Shown here in pieces: positions 17,916-26,420 of a stretch of DNA of 27,082 nt. The notes under the pieces were generated by a model that had not been told where the DNA came from, did not search any database, and was given only the letters and a program-made list of their open reading frames with translations. Numbering within the stretch: position 1 is the first letter of the stretch; each line of letters begins with the position of its first letter. The stretch lies in assembly GCA_964397495.1 (NCBI GenBank), contig CAYNIO010000001.1, forward strand, positions 1 to 27,082, given 5' to 3'. Both the position numbers and the translations under genes were made by a program. The stretch is from an uncultured Planctomycetia bacterium. GTDB taxonomy: Bacteria > Omnitrophota > Gorgyraeia > Duberdicusellales > CBEUCJ01.

Positions 17916-19076
17916 CTAGAGGTATTCCTGATAGAGGGCTTTTAGAAATCTTATCGCCCTGCCCAGTCCTTTGTCTGGTGTTTTTTGGGAAAGGGAAAAA
18001 TTGTATTTAGCACACCCCAAGGAAGACAATTCGTGGGAAGGTGCAGGATTCTGCAAAACAACTAATTCTGCGCCGGGTTCAAACAAAGAACCAAAATACC
18101 TTCTCAAGCCCTTGGTAAGAGCCACCCCGCCGCATAGATAAATATTACTTCTTAAAAAAGACGAAAGGCTATCCTGCTGGAAACAATTTTTAAGGGAACA
18201 AACAAATTCCTTTAAAGGTTCTTCTATAATCTTGGTTATATCTCTAACCTTATAGGAAAGGTAATCATCCCCTATCTTCAGCATTAGTTCTTCATTCTCC
18301 GAAGCATTAAAATCTAAAAAATCTTGGCGTATCCTCTGGCAAAGTTCCAAAGAAACCTCTAAACTCTGGGACATCTTTATATCTAAATCGGCGCCGCCAA
18401 AATCCAGAAGGTATCTTTTAATAATCCTATTATCCCTGAATACTAAAACTTCGGTAAGCTTCTCTCCCATATCAATCAGCACCCCTTCTTTAAAACTTCT
18501 CTCCGCAGCCACATAACTTGCGTAAGACGAACTGAGCAAACCTTTAAGGTCTCTTCCTAGATATTCAAAAAGTTTGCGTAAGTTGTCATAGAAACTTACA
18601 TTGCACAGAAAGAGCATAAATTCTCCGCCCAAACTCCTGGCCCACAAGCCCTGGGGCTCATATATCCTCTGGGACTCATCCACAAGAAAATATTGAGGTA
18701 TGCTTAGAAGGAGTTTCTGATCCCAACTTCTTCCCAGAAGGGAAGACTGTTCCTTAAGATATTCAACATCACGCCTGTTTATAAGTCTCTCTTTTTCAGA
18801 GGTGAGAGCAAACTTAAAAAATGAATTCTTTACAACAATATGCTTACTCTTTAAACAACAAACTAAACTATCTATCTGGAAAGAGGTCTTTTTTTCAGCC
18901 TCAGAAAAAATCTTATCCAAAAATTCTACTAATCCATAAAAATCCTTTACTACGCCCCCATCTATATGGGGAGAACTAAAACTCTCAAGATAGAACATAT
19001 CTGATGGAGTTTTTATTCCACAGAGAGAAATTTTGGAAGAGCCCAACTCCAGACCCCAATACACCCTCTTGCTCAT
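17916..19076 (-). CDS. ftsA: Cell division protein FtsA (divergent)
   Basis: GLELGSSKI, IDGGVVKD, SHS2-like IPQYFLVDE...PQG, LIDMGEKLTEV, FGGADLD, LCGGVAL, C-terminal amphipathic tail RAIRFLKALYQEYL; coupled to ftsQ (ATGA). Confidence 0.85.
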   Translation of the reverse strand: MSKRVYWGLELGSSKISLCGIKTPSDMFYLESFSSPHIDGGVVKDFYGLVEFLDKIFSEAEKKTSFQIDSLVCCLKSKHIVVKNSFFKFALTSEKERLINRRDVEYLKEQSSLLGRSWDQKLLLSIPQYFLVDESQRIYEPQGLWARSLGGEFMLFLCNVSFYDNLRKLFEYLGRDLKGLLSSSYASYVAAERSFKEGVLIDMGEKLTEVLVFRDNRIIKRYLLDFGGADLDIKMSQSLEVSLELCQRIRQDFLDFNASENEELMLKIGDDYLSYKVRDITKIIEEPLKEFVCSLKNCFQQDSLSSFLRSNIYLCGGVALTKGLRRYFGSLFEPGAELVVLQNPAPSHELSSLGCAKYNFSLSQKTPDKGLGRAIRFLKALYQEYL

Positions 19077-19756
19077 TTCTTAAAACTTGTTATAGGGTCT
19101 TGGAAACGCAGGTCTAAAAAAGCCAGGTCGTTCTTATCGATACGCACAAGTATAGTCTGGCAACGCTTAAGGTTCTTTTCTAAATCCTTATAACCTAAAA
19201 TTACCTTTGGGCCTTTTTCTATGTAAAAAGAAAAGTTCACCAAAGAATATATATCTATATACTTTATTTTAAAGGGGAAATCTTGAAGATCTAAAATACG
19301 AAAAAATTCTTTAAGCAACTTCTGCTTAGGCCCAGAAAAATCAAACCCCCTCACCAAAGGCAAACCTGGATGCGGACCTTTTTTAATCCTCTCACCAATC
19401 TTGAAATCCTCCAGAACCTCCCAATAGGAACCCTTGCGGTAAATTTGGAAAAGAGGTTTCTTTAACTTCACCTCTACCAAAACCTTACAGGGAAGAATCT
19501 TCTTTATTCTCTTTATTTTGTATTGAGAAAATTTGCTTCGCAAGGTATCTTCAAGAGAACAAAGATTCAAGGACAAAATCCCTTCTCCAGAAAATCTTAA
19601 ACTTAAAAACTCCTTTATCCTGCGGCAAGGAGGCTGAACTTCAAATTCTTCTACCTTAAGTGCCCGCTCCCTCAAAAATAAAAACCCCGCCCCTAACAGA
19701 ATTAACAAAGCCAATATTGCCAAGGGCAATTTAAAAAATCTTGGTTTCATAGGCAA
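19073..19756 (-). CDS. ftsQ: Cell division protein FtsQ/DivIB
   Basis: Short basic N-terminus, single TM, POTRA-like region (IKRIKKILPCKVLVEV), C-terminal LDLRF motif; lies between ddl and ftsA. Confidence 0.8.
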   Translation of the reverse strand: MPMKPRFFKLPLAILALLILLGAGFLFLRERALKVEEFEVQPPCRRIKEFLSLRFSGEGILSLNLCSLEDTLRSKFSQYKIKRIKKILPCKVLVEVKLKKPLFQIYRKGSYWEVLEDFKIGERIKKGPHPGLPLVRGFDFSGPKQKLLKEFFRILDLQDFPFKIKYIDIYSLVNFSFYIEKGPKVILGYKDLEKNLKRCQTILVRIDKNDLAFLDLRFQDPITSFKK

Positions 19757-20699
19757 GGGGGTCTTTTTTACGCTGAAGAGCTAACTCTAACATTTTTATA
19801 CAGAGGTCAGGGTAGTCTAAACCTGCAAGTTTGCAAGCCTTGGGAAGCAGGCTTGTAGGAGTCAAACCAGGGATGGAATTGGCTTCCAACACATAGATCC
19901 TTTGTTCATCCTGTGCAATCATATCCACACGGGAGAAATCCCGCAGCCCTAAAGCCCTGTGGGTCTTAAGGGCTAATTCCTGGGCATAAGAGGAAAGTTT
20001 CTCGGAGACGCGTGCAGGAACTTCATAAAATGTTCTGCCCGGCGTATATTTACAATAAAAACTGAAACAATCTCCCCCCAGGGGCCTTATGCCTATAGGG
20101 GGAAGTGGCTTTTCCTCAAGTACCCCTACAGTTATCTCTTTGCCCAGAATAAATCTTTCTGCGATGAGGGTTTCATCTAAACTAAAAATATCTTCTGCTG
20201 CTTTTACGAAAGAAACCTCGTCCTCTACAATATGGACGCCTATACTGGAACCCTGACAGGCAGGCTTTAACACCACCCTTCCGGGAAAGGGTTTTCTAAG
20301 TTTATCGGCCCTCCTAAAAATCTTGAACTCCGGCTGAAGAATATTCCTTCTCCTGAGGATATTGCGGGTAAGAGTCTTGTCAAAGGCATTCCTGCTTGGT
20401 TGAGGCCCTGAACCTGTGTAGGGAATATTTATTCTCTCCAGAATCTCCTGCAATCTGCCGTCCTCTCCAAATTCGCCATGCAGACCTATAAATACTAAAT
20501 CTATCTTCCAATTGAATATAACCTTCTTTATGGTAAGGGGGTCTTCTGTCAAAAGGTCTACAGGAATGACCTTTAAACCTTTGCCTTTGAGGGCCTGGTA
20601 TACACCTTTGCCAGTAGATAGAGAAATATCCCTTTCCCTGGACCTTCCACCCATAAATACCCCTATGTTCAGATCCTTCAACCCACGATATCTATGCAT
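19731..20699 (-). CDS. ddl: D-alanine--D-alanine ligase
   Basis: GGRSRERDISL, LHGEFGEDG, PYTGSG, KPACQGSSIGV, CKY, SRVDM, EANSIPGLTPTSLLP. Start moved to ATG 20699, just after the murB stop. Confidence 0.95.
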   Translation of the reverse strand: MHRYRGLKDLNIGVFMGGRSRERDISLSTGKGVYQALKGKGLKVIPVDLLTEDPLTIKKVIFNWKIDLVFIGLHGEFGEDGRLQEILERINIPYTGSGPQPSRNAFDKTLTRNILRRRNILQPEFKIFRRADKLRKPFPGRVVLKPACQGSSIGVHIVEDEVSFVKAAEDIFSLDETLIAERFILGKEITVGVLEEKPLPPIGIRPLGGDCFSFYCKYTPGRTFYEVPARVSEKLSSYAQELALKTHRALGLRDFSRVDMIAQDEQRIYVLEANSIPGLTPTSLLPKACKLAGLDYPDLCIKMLELALQRKKDPLAYETKIF

Positions 20700-20701
20700 A
20701 A

Positions 20702-21538
20702 TTAAGTATAAATTTTTATCTGTGTCTCCAATTCTACAGAAAACTTCTCCTTTACTCTTTCCCTTACCTCCAAAATAAGATTCCAAAAATCCTGAAAACA
20801 GGCTCCAGGTTCCACTTCAAAAAAATTTGCATGTATCCTGCTCACCGAGACCCTGCCCCTGCGCATCCCCTTAAGGCCTGTTCTGTCAATCAAGAATCCC
20901 GCAGGTTTATAACCCGGCGGGTTCTTAAATACGCATCCTAATGTTCGCTTATCCCACGGCTGAGTATTCTTTCTGTAAACCATAATCTCTCCTATCTTCT
21001 CAGCAATATCAGGGGGCTCTTTCCTTTCTATCTTAAGTCTTACCTCTGTAATAACTTCGCCTTCAAACCTGCAACTGCGATGGCCAAAATTCAAATCACG
21101 CCTCGGTATCTCAGAAATCTTCCCTTTCCTGTCTAAGACTTTGATAGAAATAACTCTGTCTTCCATCTTGCCCCAGTGAGTAGAGGCGTTGTTGACAACC
21201 GCCCCTCCTATACTGCCGGGAATGCCAGCAAGAAACTCCAGGCCTGACCAACCTCTTTTCTGGGCCTCCTTAAGAAGAAAGGGTATCTTTAATCCTGCGC
21301 CAACCCTAAGGGTATCGCCTTCACTCTGAATATAGTCTATTTCTATCTTAATGAAGGTATCCTCGAACAATCTATCTGAAAAAAGAATACTTGTAGAAGA
21401 AGAAAAAATCTTTATCTCCCTGCCCTCTTTGCCTGAATTCTCCAAAACCTGCTCCAAAGAAGGAAGGTCTCTCACCCTGTATAAAAATTTTGCCTCTCCA
21501 CCTATACCTACAGGCGAAAAATCCTTAAGAAGCGGCAT
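20702..21538 (-). CDS. murB: UDP-N-acetylenolpyruvoylglucosamine reductase (divergent motifs)
   Basis: GIGGEA, GLEFLAGIPGSIGGA, FGHR, QP...GCVFKNP, HANF, ELETQIK; lies between murC and ddl. See the finding on degenerate motifs. Confidence 0.88.
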   Translation of the reverse strand: MPLLKDFSPVGIGGEAKFLYRVRDLPSLEQVLENSGKEGREIKIFSSSTSILFSDRLFEDTFIKIEIDYIQSEGDTLRVGAGLKIPFLLKEAQKRGWSGLEFLAGIPGSIGGAVVNNASTHWGKMEDRVISIKVLDRKGKISEIPRRDLNFGHRSCRFEGEVITEVRLKIERKEPPDIAEKIGEIMVYRKNTQPWDKRTLGCVFKNPPGYKPAGFLIDRTGLKGMRRGRVSVSRIHANFFEVEPGACFQDFWNLILEVRERVKEKFSVELETQIKIYT

Positions 21539-22907
21539 TCTCTTGCTCCCTTAGCCTCTCTATTAAATCTTCCAAAACCTTATAAATATCGCCTGCACCC
21601 ATACTTACTATTAAATCATTATCCCTTAAAATCTTATCCTTTACAAGTGAATCCGCCATTTGTTCCCTTCTTAAATAAAGAACTTGGGCGTGAGGGTAAG
21701 CCTTCTTTATCTTCTTGAAAAGAATTTGGGAATTTATCCCATCGAGAGGCCTCTCCTGGGCAGAGTAAATGTCTGTTATCACTACCAACCCTGAGAAATT
21801 CCCTAAGCAGTTAACAAAATCTTCAAAAAGTTCTCTTAGTCGAGAATAGCGGTGGGGCTGAAAGAGAAGGACTATCCTTCCCGAATGGATATTTTTCAAA
21901 GCCTCTAAACCTACTTTTATCTCCTGAGGGTGGTGGGCATAATCATCATAAAATCTTTTATTCCCTACCCTTCCCCGAAAATGAAGCCTACGTCTTATGC
22001 CAGGGAACCTTTCCAGGGCTTCTCTTATTCCTGCCACCCCCAGGTCCAAATTCAAACCTACAAATATCGCAGGAAGGCTATTGAGAATATTGTGCAGGCC
22101 CAAGATATTTATACGGAATGTTCCCAGGTCTATGCCCCTGAAATAGCATCTAAAAGAAGAACCCTTGCTGTCCTGATTTAAAGGATGGGCAGTAATATCT
22201 GCATCCTTCCAGCCGTACCAAGAACATTCCAAAGAAAATCCCCTTAACACCTCGTCTTCCTTGCATAAGAGTTTTTTTTGAGAAGAATCTATAAACTTCT
22301 TGAAACTTCTTACCAGTTCCTCAAATTTCCCATAGAAACTTATATGTTCTCTGTCAACATTGGTAACTATTCCCAAATGGGGCCTGAATTCTAAAAAACT
22401 TGAATCACTCTCATCGGTTTCCACCACCACAAGCGGTGATTCCCTATGCCAAGCATAATTCATCTCCCTAATGAAATGGCCTCCCACAAACCCGCAGGTA
22501 TTTATGCCATTTTTTTCAAGGACCCAGGATATTAAACCTGAAGTAGTAGTCTTGCCGTGAGAGCCAGCAACGGCAATAAGTCTCTTATCCTGCACAACCC
22601 AAGATAGGAGTTTAGCCCTTCCCACCAAAGGAATATTTTTTCTCTTTGCCTCTATTAACTCAGGATTATCTTCTTTAATAGCAGAAGAAAAACACACCAA
22701 GTCTATATCTCCCCCTATATTCAGAGGGTTATGTCCTAAATTTACTTTGATATTGCTCTTCTTTAGAAGTGAAGTATTGAAGGATTCCTTTATATCCGAA
22801 CCCTCCACCTTTATCCCCTTGGACTTAAGCAGAAAAGCCAAACCGCTCATCCCTATACCGCCAATACCTACAAGGTATACCTTATTTACCTTAGAAAAAT
22901 CACTCAT
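21525..22907 (-). CDS. murC: UDP-N-acetylmuramate--L-alanine ligase
   Basis: GIGGIGMSGLA, AGSHGKTTT, ETDESD, DDYAHHP, FQPHRYSR, MGAGDI. Confidence 0.96.
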   Translation of the reverse strand: MSDFSKVNKVYLVGIGGIGMSGLAFLLKSKGIKVEGSDIKESFNTSLLKKSNIKVNLGHNPLNIGGDIDLVCFSSAIKEDNPELIEAKRKNIPLVGRAKLLSWVVQDKRLIAVAGSHGKTTTSGLISWVLEKNGINTCGFVGGHFIREMNYAWHRESPLVVVETDESDSSFLEFRPHLGIVTNVDREHISFYGKFEELVRSFKKFIDSSQKKLLCKEDEVLRGFSLECSWYGWKDADITAHPLNQDSKGSSFRCYFRGIDLGTFRINILGLHNILNSLPAIFVGLNLDLGVAGIREALERFPGIRRRLHFRGRVGNKRFYDDYAHHPQEIKVGLEALKNIHSGRIVLLFQPHRYSRLRELFEDFVNCLGNFSGLVVITDIYSAQERPLDGINSQILFKKIKKAYPHAQVLYLRREQMADSLVKDKILRDNDLIVSMGAGDIYKVLEDLIERLREQENAAS

Positions 22908-23029
22908 CGCATTCTGTCTCTCTCTAAAAAATCTTCATCTGCATTTTGGCAGTAAATCAGAGAATGAATGCTTATATAAAACTTAAAACCTGCCTCTGCC
23001 CAAGAAGAATAAAATAAAACCGCCCCCAT
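22904..23029 (-). CDS. Putative 41-aa small ORF or gene remnant filling the murG-murC gap
   Basis: MGAVLFYSSWAEAGFKFYISIHSLIYCQNADEDFLERDRMR*. The ATG overlaps the murG stop (TGATG) and the TGA overlaps the murC start (ATGA). No family recognised. Confidence 0.4.
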   Translation of the reverse strand: MGAVLFYSSWAEAGFKFYISIHSLIYCQNADEDFLERDRMR

Positions 23030-24117
23030 CAAAACTGCTGCTTCAAACATTTCCCAACACCATCCAACAAAAACTTTTGAGGGTCCCTGAATACAATTTT
23101 ACAAGAAGAGCGAGGAACCTGAAAATACTCGTTGTCCAGTCTCTGCTCTATATACTTTAATATGGATTGATGGCTGTGTTTCTCAAGAAAAACCTTAACA
23201 AGACCGCGTCTTTGGAAATAAAGGGCGTTGACTACCTGATGCCTGCCAGCATAAGGATAGGGAATAGCCACAATACCTACCCCTGAAAATAGACCCTCGT
23301 AAAGAGAAAGTATCCCTGCCCGCATCACTGCGAGGCTTGAAGCCCGCCACACTCTCCATATGGACTCGTAAAATCCGAAAACTTTAACTCCTTCTTTCTG
23401 AGAAAACCTCTCAAAGTAAGGAAACTCTTTCCTCCCGCAGATAATAATAAACTGAAAGTCTCTGCCTTTAAAATATTCCTGAGCCTCCAAGAATAAGTTG
23501 TTTATAAATCTTGAGCCCTGTGAACCCCCCATAAAAAGCAAAGTCTTCTTGTAAGGAGCCAGACCCAAAGAAAATCTTGCTTCTTGAGGGGTAGCAGAAT
23601 ACTCTCTAAACTCCTTCCTTAAAGGCAGGGGGCAAATAAATTCTTTACGGGGATGCAGACTCTTTGTCCATTCCTGGACCCCCACTCCCTTTGCCCAGGG
23701 GGCAAGAAATTTATTGGCCTTGCCATAAAGAACATTCTGCTCGTGGAGCAAGAAAGGGATTCTTAAAATTAGACAGATTAATCCTGGCATTAAACAGGGA
23801 TATCCCCCAAAGAGAAAAACAAACTTAGGTCTTATACGGACAAGGTAAAGAAGACTCTGCACGCTTGAAAACAAAAGATATGCCAGACTCCTTAATAAAA
23901 CTCCCGCCGGCTGGTAGCGGAAAAAACCTATATTTATAATTGAACCTTCAAAGTTATCGTCTTTTATAATTTTTAAAAATTCTCTCCTGTTGGTAAGAAA
24001 AAATACCTTACAACCTCTGTCTCTGAAGATGCGGGCATATTCCAACGAAGGGAGAAAATGCCCGAAACTCCCTCCAGAGACAAATACTATCCTCTTATTT
24101 TTTCCTCGCGGCAGCAT
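23029..24117 (-). CDS. murG: Lipid II N-acetylglucosaminyltransferase MurG
   Basis: SGGSFGHFLP, FGGY, HEQN, MGGSQGS, RAG...E, IPYPYAGRHQVVNA; follows ftsW. Confidence 0.92.
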   Translation of the reverse strand: MLPRGKNKRIVFVSGGSFGHFLPSLEYARIFRDRGCKVFFLTNRREFLKIIKDDNFEGSIINIGFFRYQPAGVLLRSLAYLLFSSVQSLLYLVRIRPKFVFLFGGYPCLMPGLICLILRIPFLLHEQNVLYGKANKFLAPWAKGVGVQEWTKSLHPRKEFICPLPLRKEFREYSATPQEARFSLGLAPYKKTLLFMGGSQGSRFINNLFLEAQEYFKGRDFQFIIICGRKEFPYFERFSQKEGVKVFGFYESIWRVWRASSLAVMRAGILSLYEGLFSGVGIVAIPYPYAGRHQVVNALYFQRRGLVKVFLEKHSHQSILKYIEQRLDNEYFQVPRSSCKIVFRDPQKFLLDGVGKCLKQQF

Positions 24118-25180
24118 TAAGAAACAAACTCAAAACTAAACTACAAGATAAATAAGAAGAACCTCCATAACTCAAAAATGGGAGAGGCAACCCTTTAGTA
24201 GGAAGAAGCCCCGCAACCACACCCATATTAAGGATGGCCTGAAATACAATAATCCCCAGACAACCCCAGCCTAAATAGAAACTAAAATCTTCTTTGAGCC
24301 CCCTAAGAAGACTCAGGCAGAGATAAAAAAGGAGAAAGAAAAGGCCGACGACCAAAAAGACGCCTAAAAACCCCAATTCCTCACCCACTACGGCAAGTAT
24401 AAAATCGGTATGCGATGCGGGAAGATAAAAGTGTTTCTGAAGACCTTTTCCCAAACCTCTTCCTAAAAGCCCTCCCCTGCCAAAAGCAATCTGAGCCTGG
24501 GTTATCTGAAAGCCTAAACCTTTAGGATCTTGCCAAGGGTTAACAAAAGCAGTAATTCTGCGTAGACGGTAAGGGGAAGAAAATATGAGCAGGGAAAAAA
24601 TAAAAACCCCTCCTATAAATATAGCCAGAAGATGCTTCGCCCTCATCCCTGCTATGAATAACAAAAATACACCCAAAAAGAGCATAAATACTGCTCCTCC
24701 AAAATCAGGTTCAAGAAGCACTAGGCCTCCGATTATACCTGTAATGAAAAGTGGAGGAAGTATTCCCCTAAAAGTGCTGATGATATTTTTTCTACGTGAT
24801 ATATAATCAGCAAGATATACCACAAGAAATATCTTGGCAAACTCTGAAACCTGAAGATTATACCCTCCCAATCTAAACCACCTCTTAGCTCCACCTACCT
24901 GTCTGCCCCATATGAGCACGCCTACAAGCATAAATAAAGAGATTGCAAGTAGTAATATAGATGATTTCTTTAAATATCTCTGGTTTATTTTAAGGGATGT
25001 GAAAAATAGAACTAAACCCAACGTAAAAAATATTAACTGCCTCTTCAAGAAATATTCACTATCCGCATACACCTTCCAGGCATATATGGAAGAAGAACTG
25101 TATACCATCAGTATCCCCAACAAAGAAAGAAATATATATATAGAAAATATCCCCAATACAATAGGCGTCCTATTCTCCAC
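24095..25180 (-). CDS. ftsW: Cell division SEDS protein FtsW
   Basis: GILMVYSSS, GAKRW, QVSEFAK, EPDFG, YRLRRI, GFQITQ, LPASHTDFI, LPFLSYGGSS. Start moved to GTG 25180, which has an AGGAG SD 5 nt upstream. Confidence 0.94.
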   Translation of the reverse strand: MENRTPIVLGIFSIYIFLSLLGILMVYSSSSIYAWKVYADSEYFLKRQLIFFTLGLVLFFTSLKINQRYLKKSSILLLAISLFMLVGVLIWGRQVGGAKRWFRLGGYNLQVSEFAKIFLVVYLADYISRRKNIISTFRGILPPLFITGIIGGLVLLEPDFGGAVFMLFLGVFLLFIAGMRAKHLLAIFIGGVFIFSLLIFSSPYRLRRITAFVNPWQDPKGLGFQITQAQIAFGRGGLLGRGLGKGLQKHFYLPASHTDFILAVVGEELGFLGVFLVVGLFFLLFYLCLSLLRGLKEDFSFYLGWGCLGIIVFQAILNMGVVAGLLPTKGLPLPFLSYGGSSYLSCSLVLSLFLNAAARKK

Positions 25181-26420
25181 AGAGACTCCTGACAATATCC
25201 TTGAAAACCCTGCCCCTTTCTTTGTAATCAGAGAACATATCAAAAGAGGAACACATGGGTGAAAAAAGCACATCTAAAGAGCCCTGCTTTATGGCCTCCT
25301 CTACCGCCTCCCTTATATCCTTAACCCTCACCACATCTTTTACCCCTTGGAGTGCCTGTTCTAAAAGATGCGCGCTCTCACCAAAAACAATTACCTTCTT
25401 TACCCTTTCTAAAAATAAAGGCTCGCTCCTGAGGCAAGAAAAATCCTGCCCCTTGGACCTGCCCCCACATATGAGGACTAAATCTCTGCGCAAAGTCTTA
25501 AGAGCGAATATTCCTGAAGAGATATTGGTGGATTTTGAATCGTTATAGAAATTCCTGCCCCTGAATCTTAACGCTAATTCCAGCCTGTGCCCTAAGGGGG
25601 GGATGCTTTTCATTAAATCAAGGGTCTTGGCCTCTTCTAAACCCACAATCTTTGCACATTCAAGGATGCTGGAAAAATTCTCATTAAGATAGTTATTCTC
25701 TCTAAAAAAAATTACCTGTGCGCGTAAATCTCTAACACATTCTAGAGAAATTCTATCCTGAGAGTTTATGAGGGCAAAATCTTCCTCTGTTTGGTTTTTG
25801 AAAAGATTAAATTTTGAATTCATATAATCTTGAAAGTCGCCATGCCAATCGAGATGGTCGGGCTTAACATTAAGGAGTATTCCTATGTGGGGGCGGAATT
25901 TATCCGTTCTTTTCAATTGGAAACTGCTTACTTCAAGCACCACCCAAGAGCGAGGCTTCAAATCATCTACCAGGGAAGTAAAAGGAGGGCTGAAATTCCC
26001 CCCTATACAAACCTTGAAATTATTTCCTTTCAATATATGGTAAAGGTAATGCGCAACCGTAGATTTACCGTTAGTTCCAGTAACGGCAATAATGTTGGGG
26101 GTAGGACAAAAGAGAAAACCCAACTCTATCTCATCGATTACAGGAATATTATTCTTGTGAGCATACTCAATAATAGGGCATGACTCCTTTATTCCGGGGC
26201 TGGTAACTATAAGGTCCTGGGCCTGAGCAAACTGGAGAGTATGGACTCCAAACTCAGCGTCCTGCAACCTCTGGAGTATGGAAGAATCACTATCCTGGGG
26301 CTCAGATAAAGAACTCACCTTAACTTTGAACCCCCTGTCAAGAAGCAATTTGCAGGCACTCTTGGCACTCTGGCCAAATCCTAGAACCAAAACCTTATTT
26401 ACCCTCCGCGACAGGCTCAT
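25170..26420 (-). CDS. murD: UDP-N-acetylmuramoyl-L-alanine--D-glutamate ligase
   Basis: VTGTNGKST, LEVSSFQL, PDHLDWH, HRLE, NDSKSTN, FSPMCSSFDMF..Y.ERG. Confidence 0.95.
   Translation of the reverse strand: MSLSRRVNKVLVLGFGQSAKSACKLLLDRGFKVKVSSLSEPQDSDSSILQRLQDAEFGVHTLQFAQAQDLIVTSPGIKESCPIIEYAHKNNIPVIDEIELGFLFCPTPNIIAVTGTNGKSTVAHYLYHILKGNNFKVCIGGNFSPPFTSLVDDLKPRSWVVLEVSSFQLKRTDKFRPHIGILLNVKPDHLDWHGDFQDYMNSKFNLFKNQTEEDFALINSQDRISLECVRDLRAQVIFFRENNYLNENFSSILECAKIVGLEEAKTLDLMKSIPPLGHRLELALRFRGRNFYNDSKSTNISSGIFALKTLRRDLVLICGGRSKGQDFSCLRSEPLFLERVKKVIVFGESAHLLEQALQGVKDVVRVKDIREAVEEAIKQGSLDVLFSPMCSSFDMFSDYKERGRVFKDIVRSLCGE

Noticed and set aside
20700-20786. Long N-terminal extensions in the ORF track for ddl, and likewise ftsW (25181..25273) and dksA (13303..13350)
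   Set aside because: They overlap the upstream genes; downstream starts match the family N-termini, and for ftsW and dksA have clear SD sequences.
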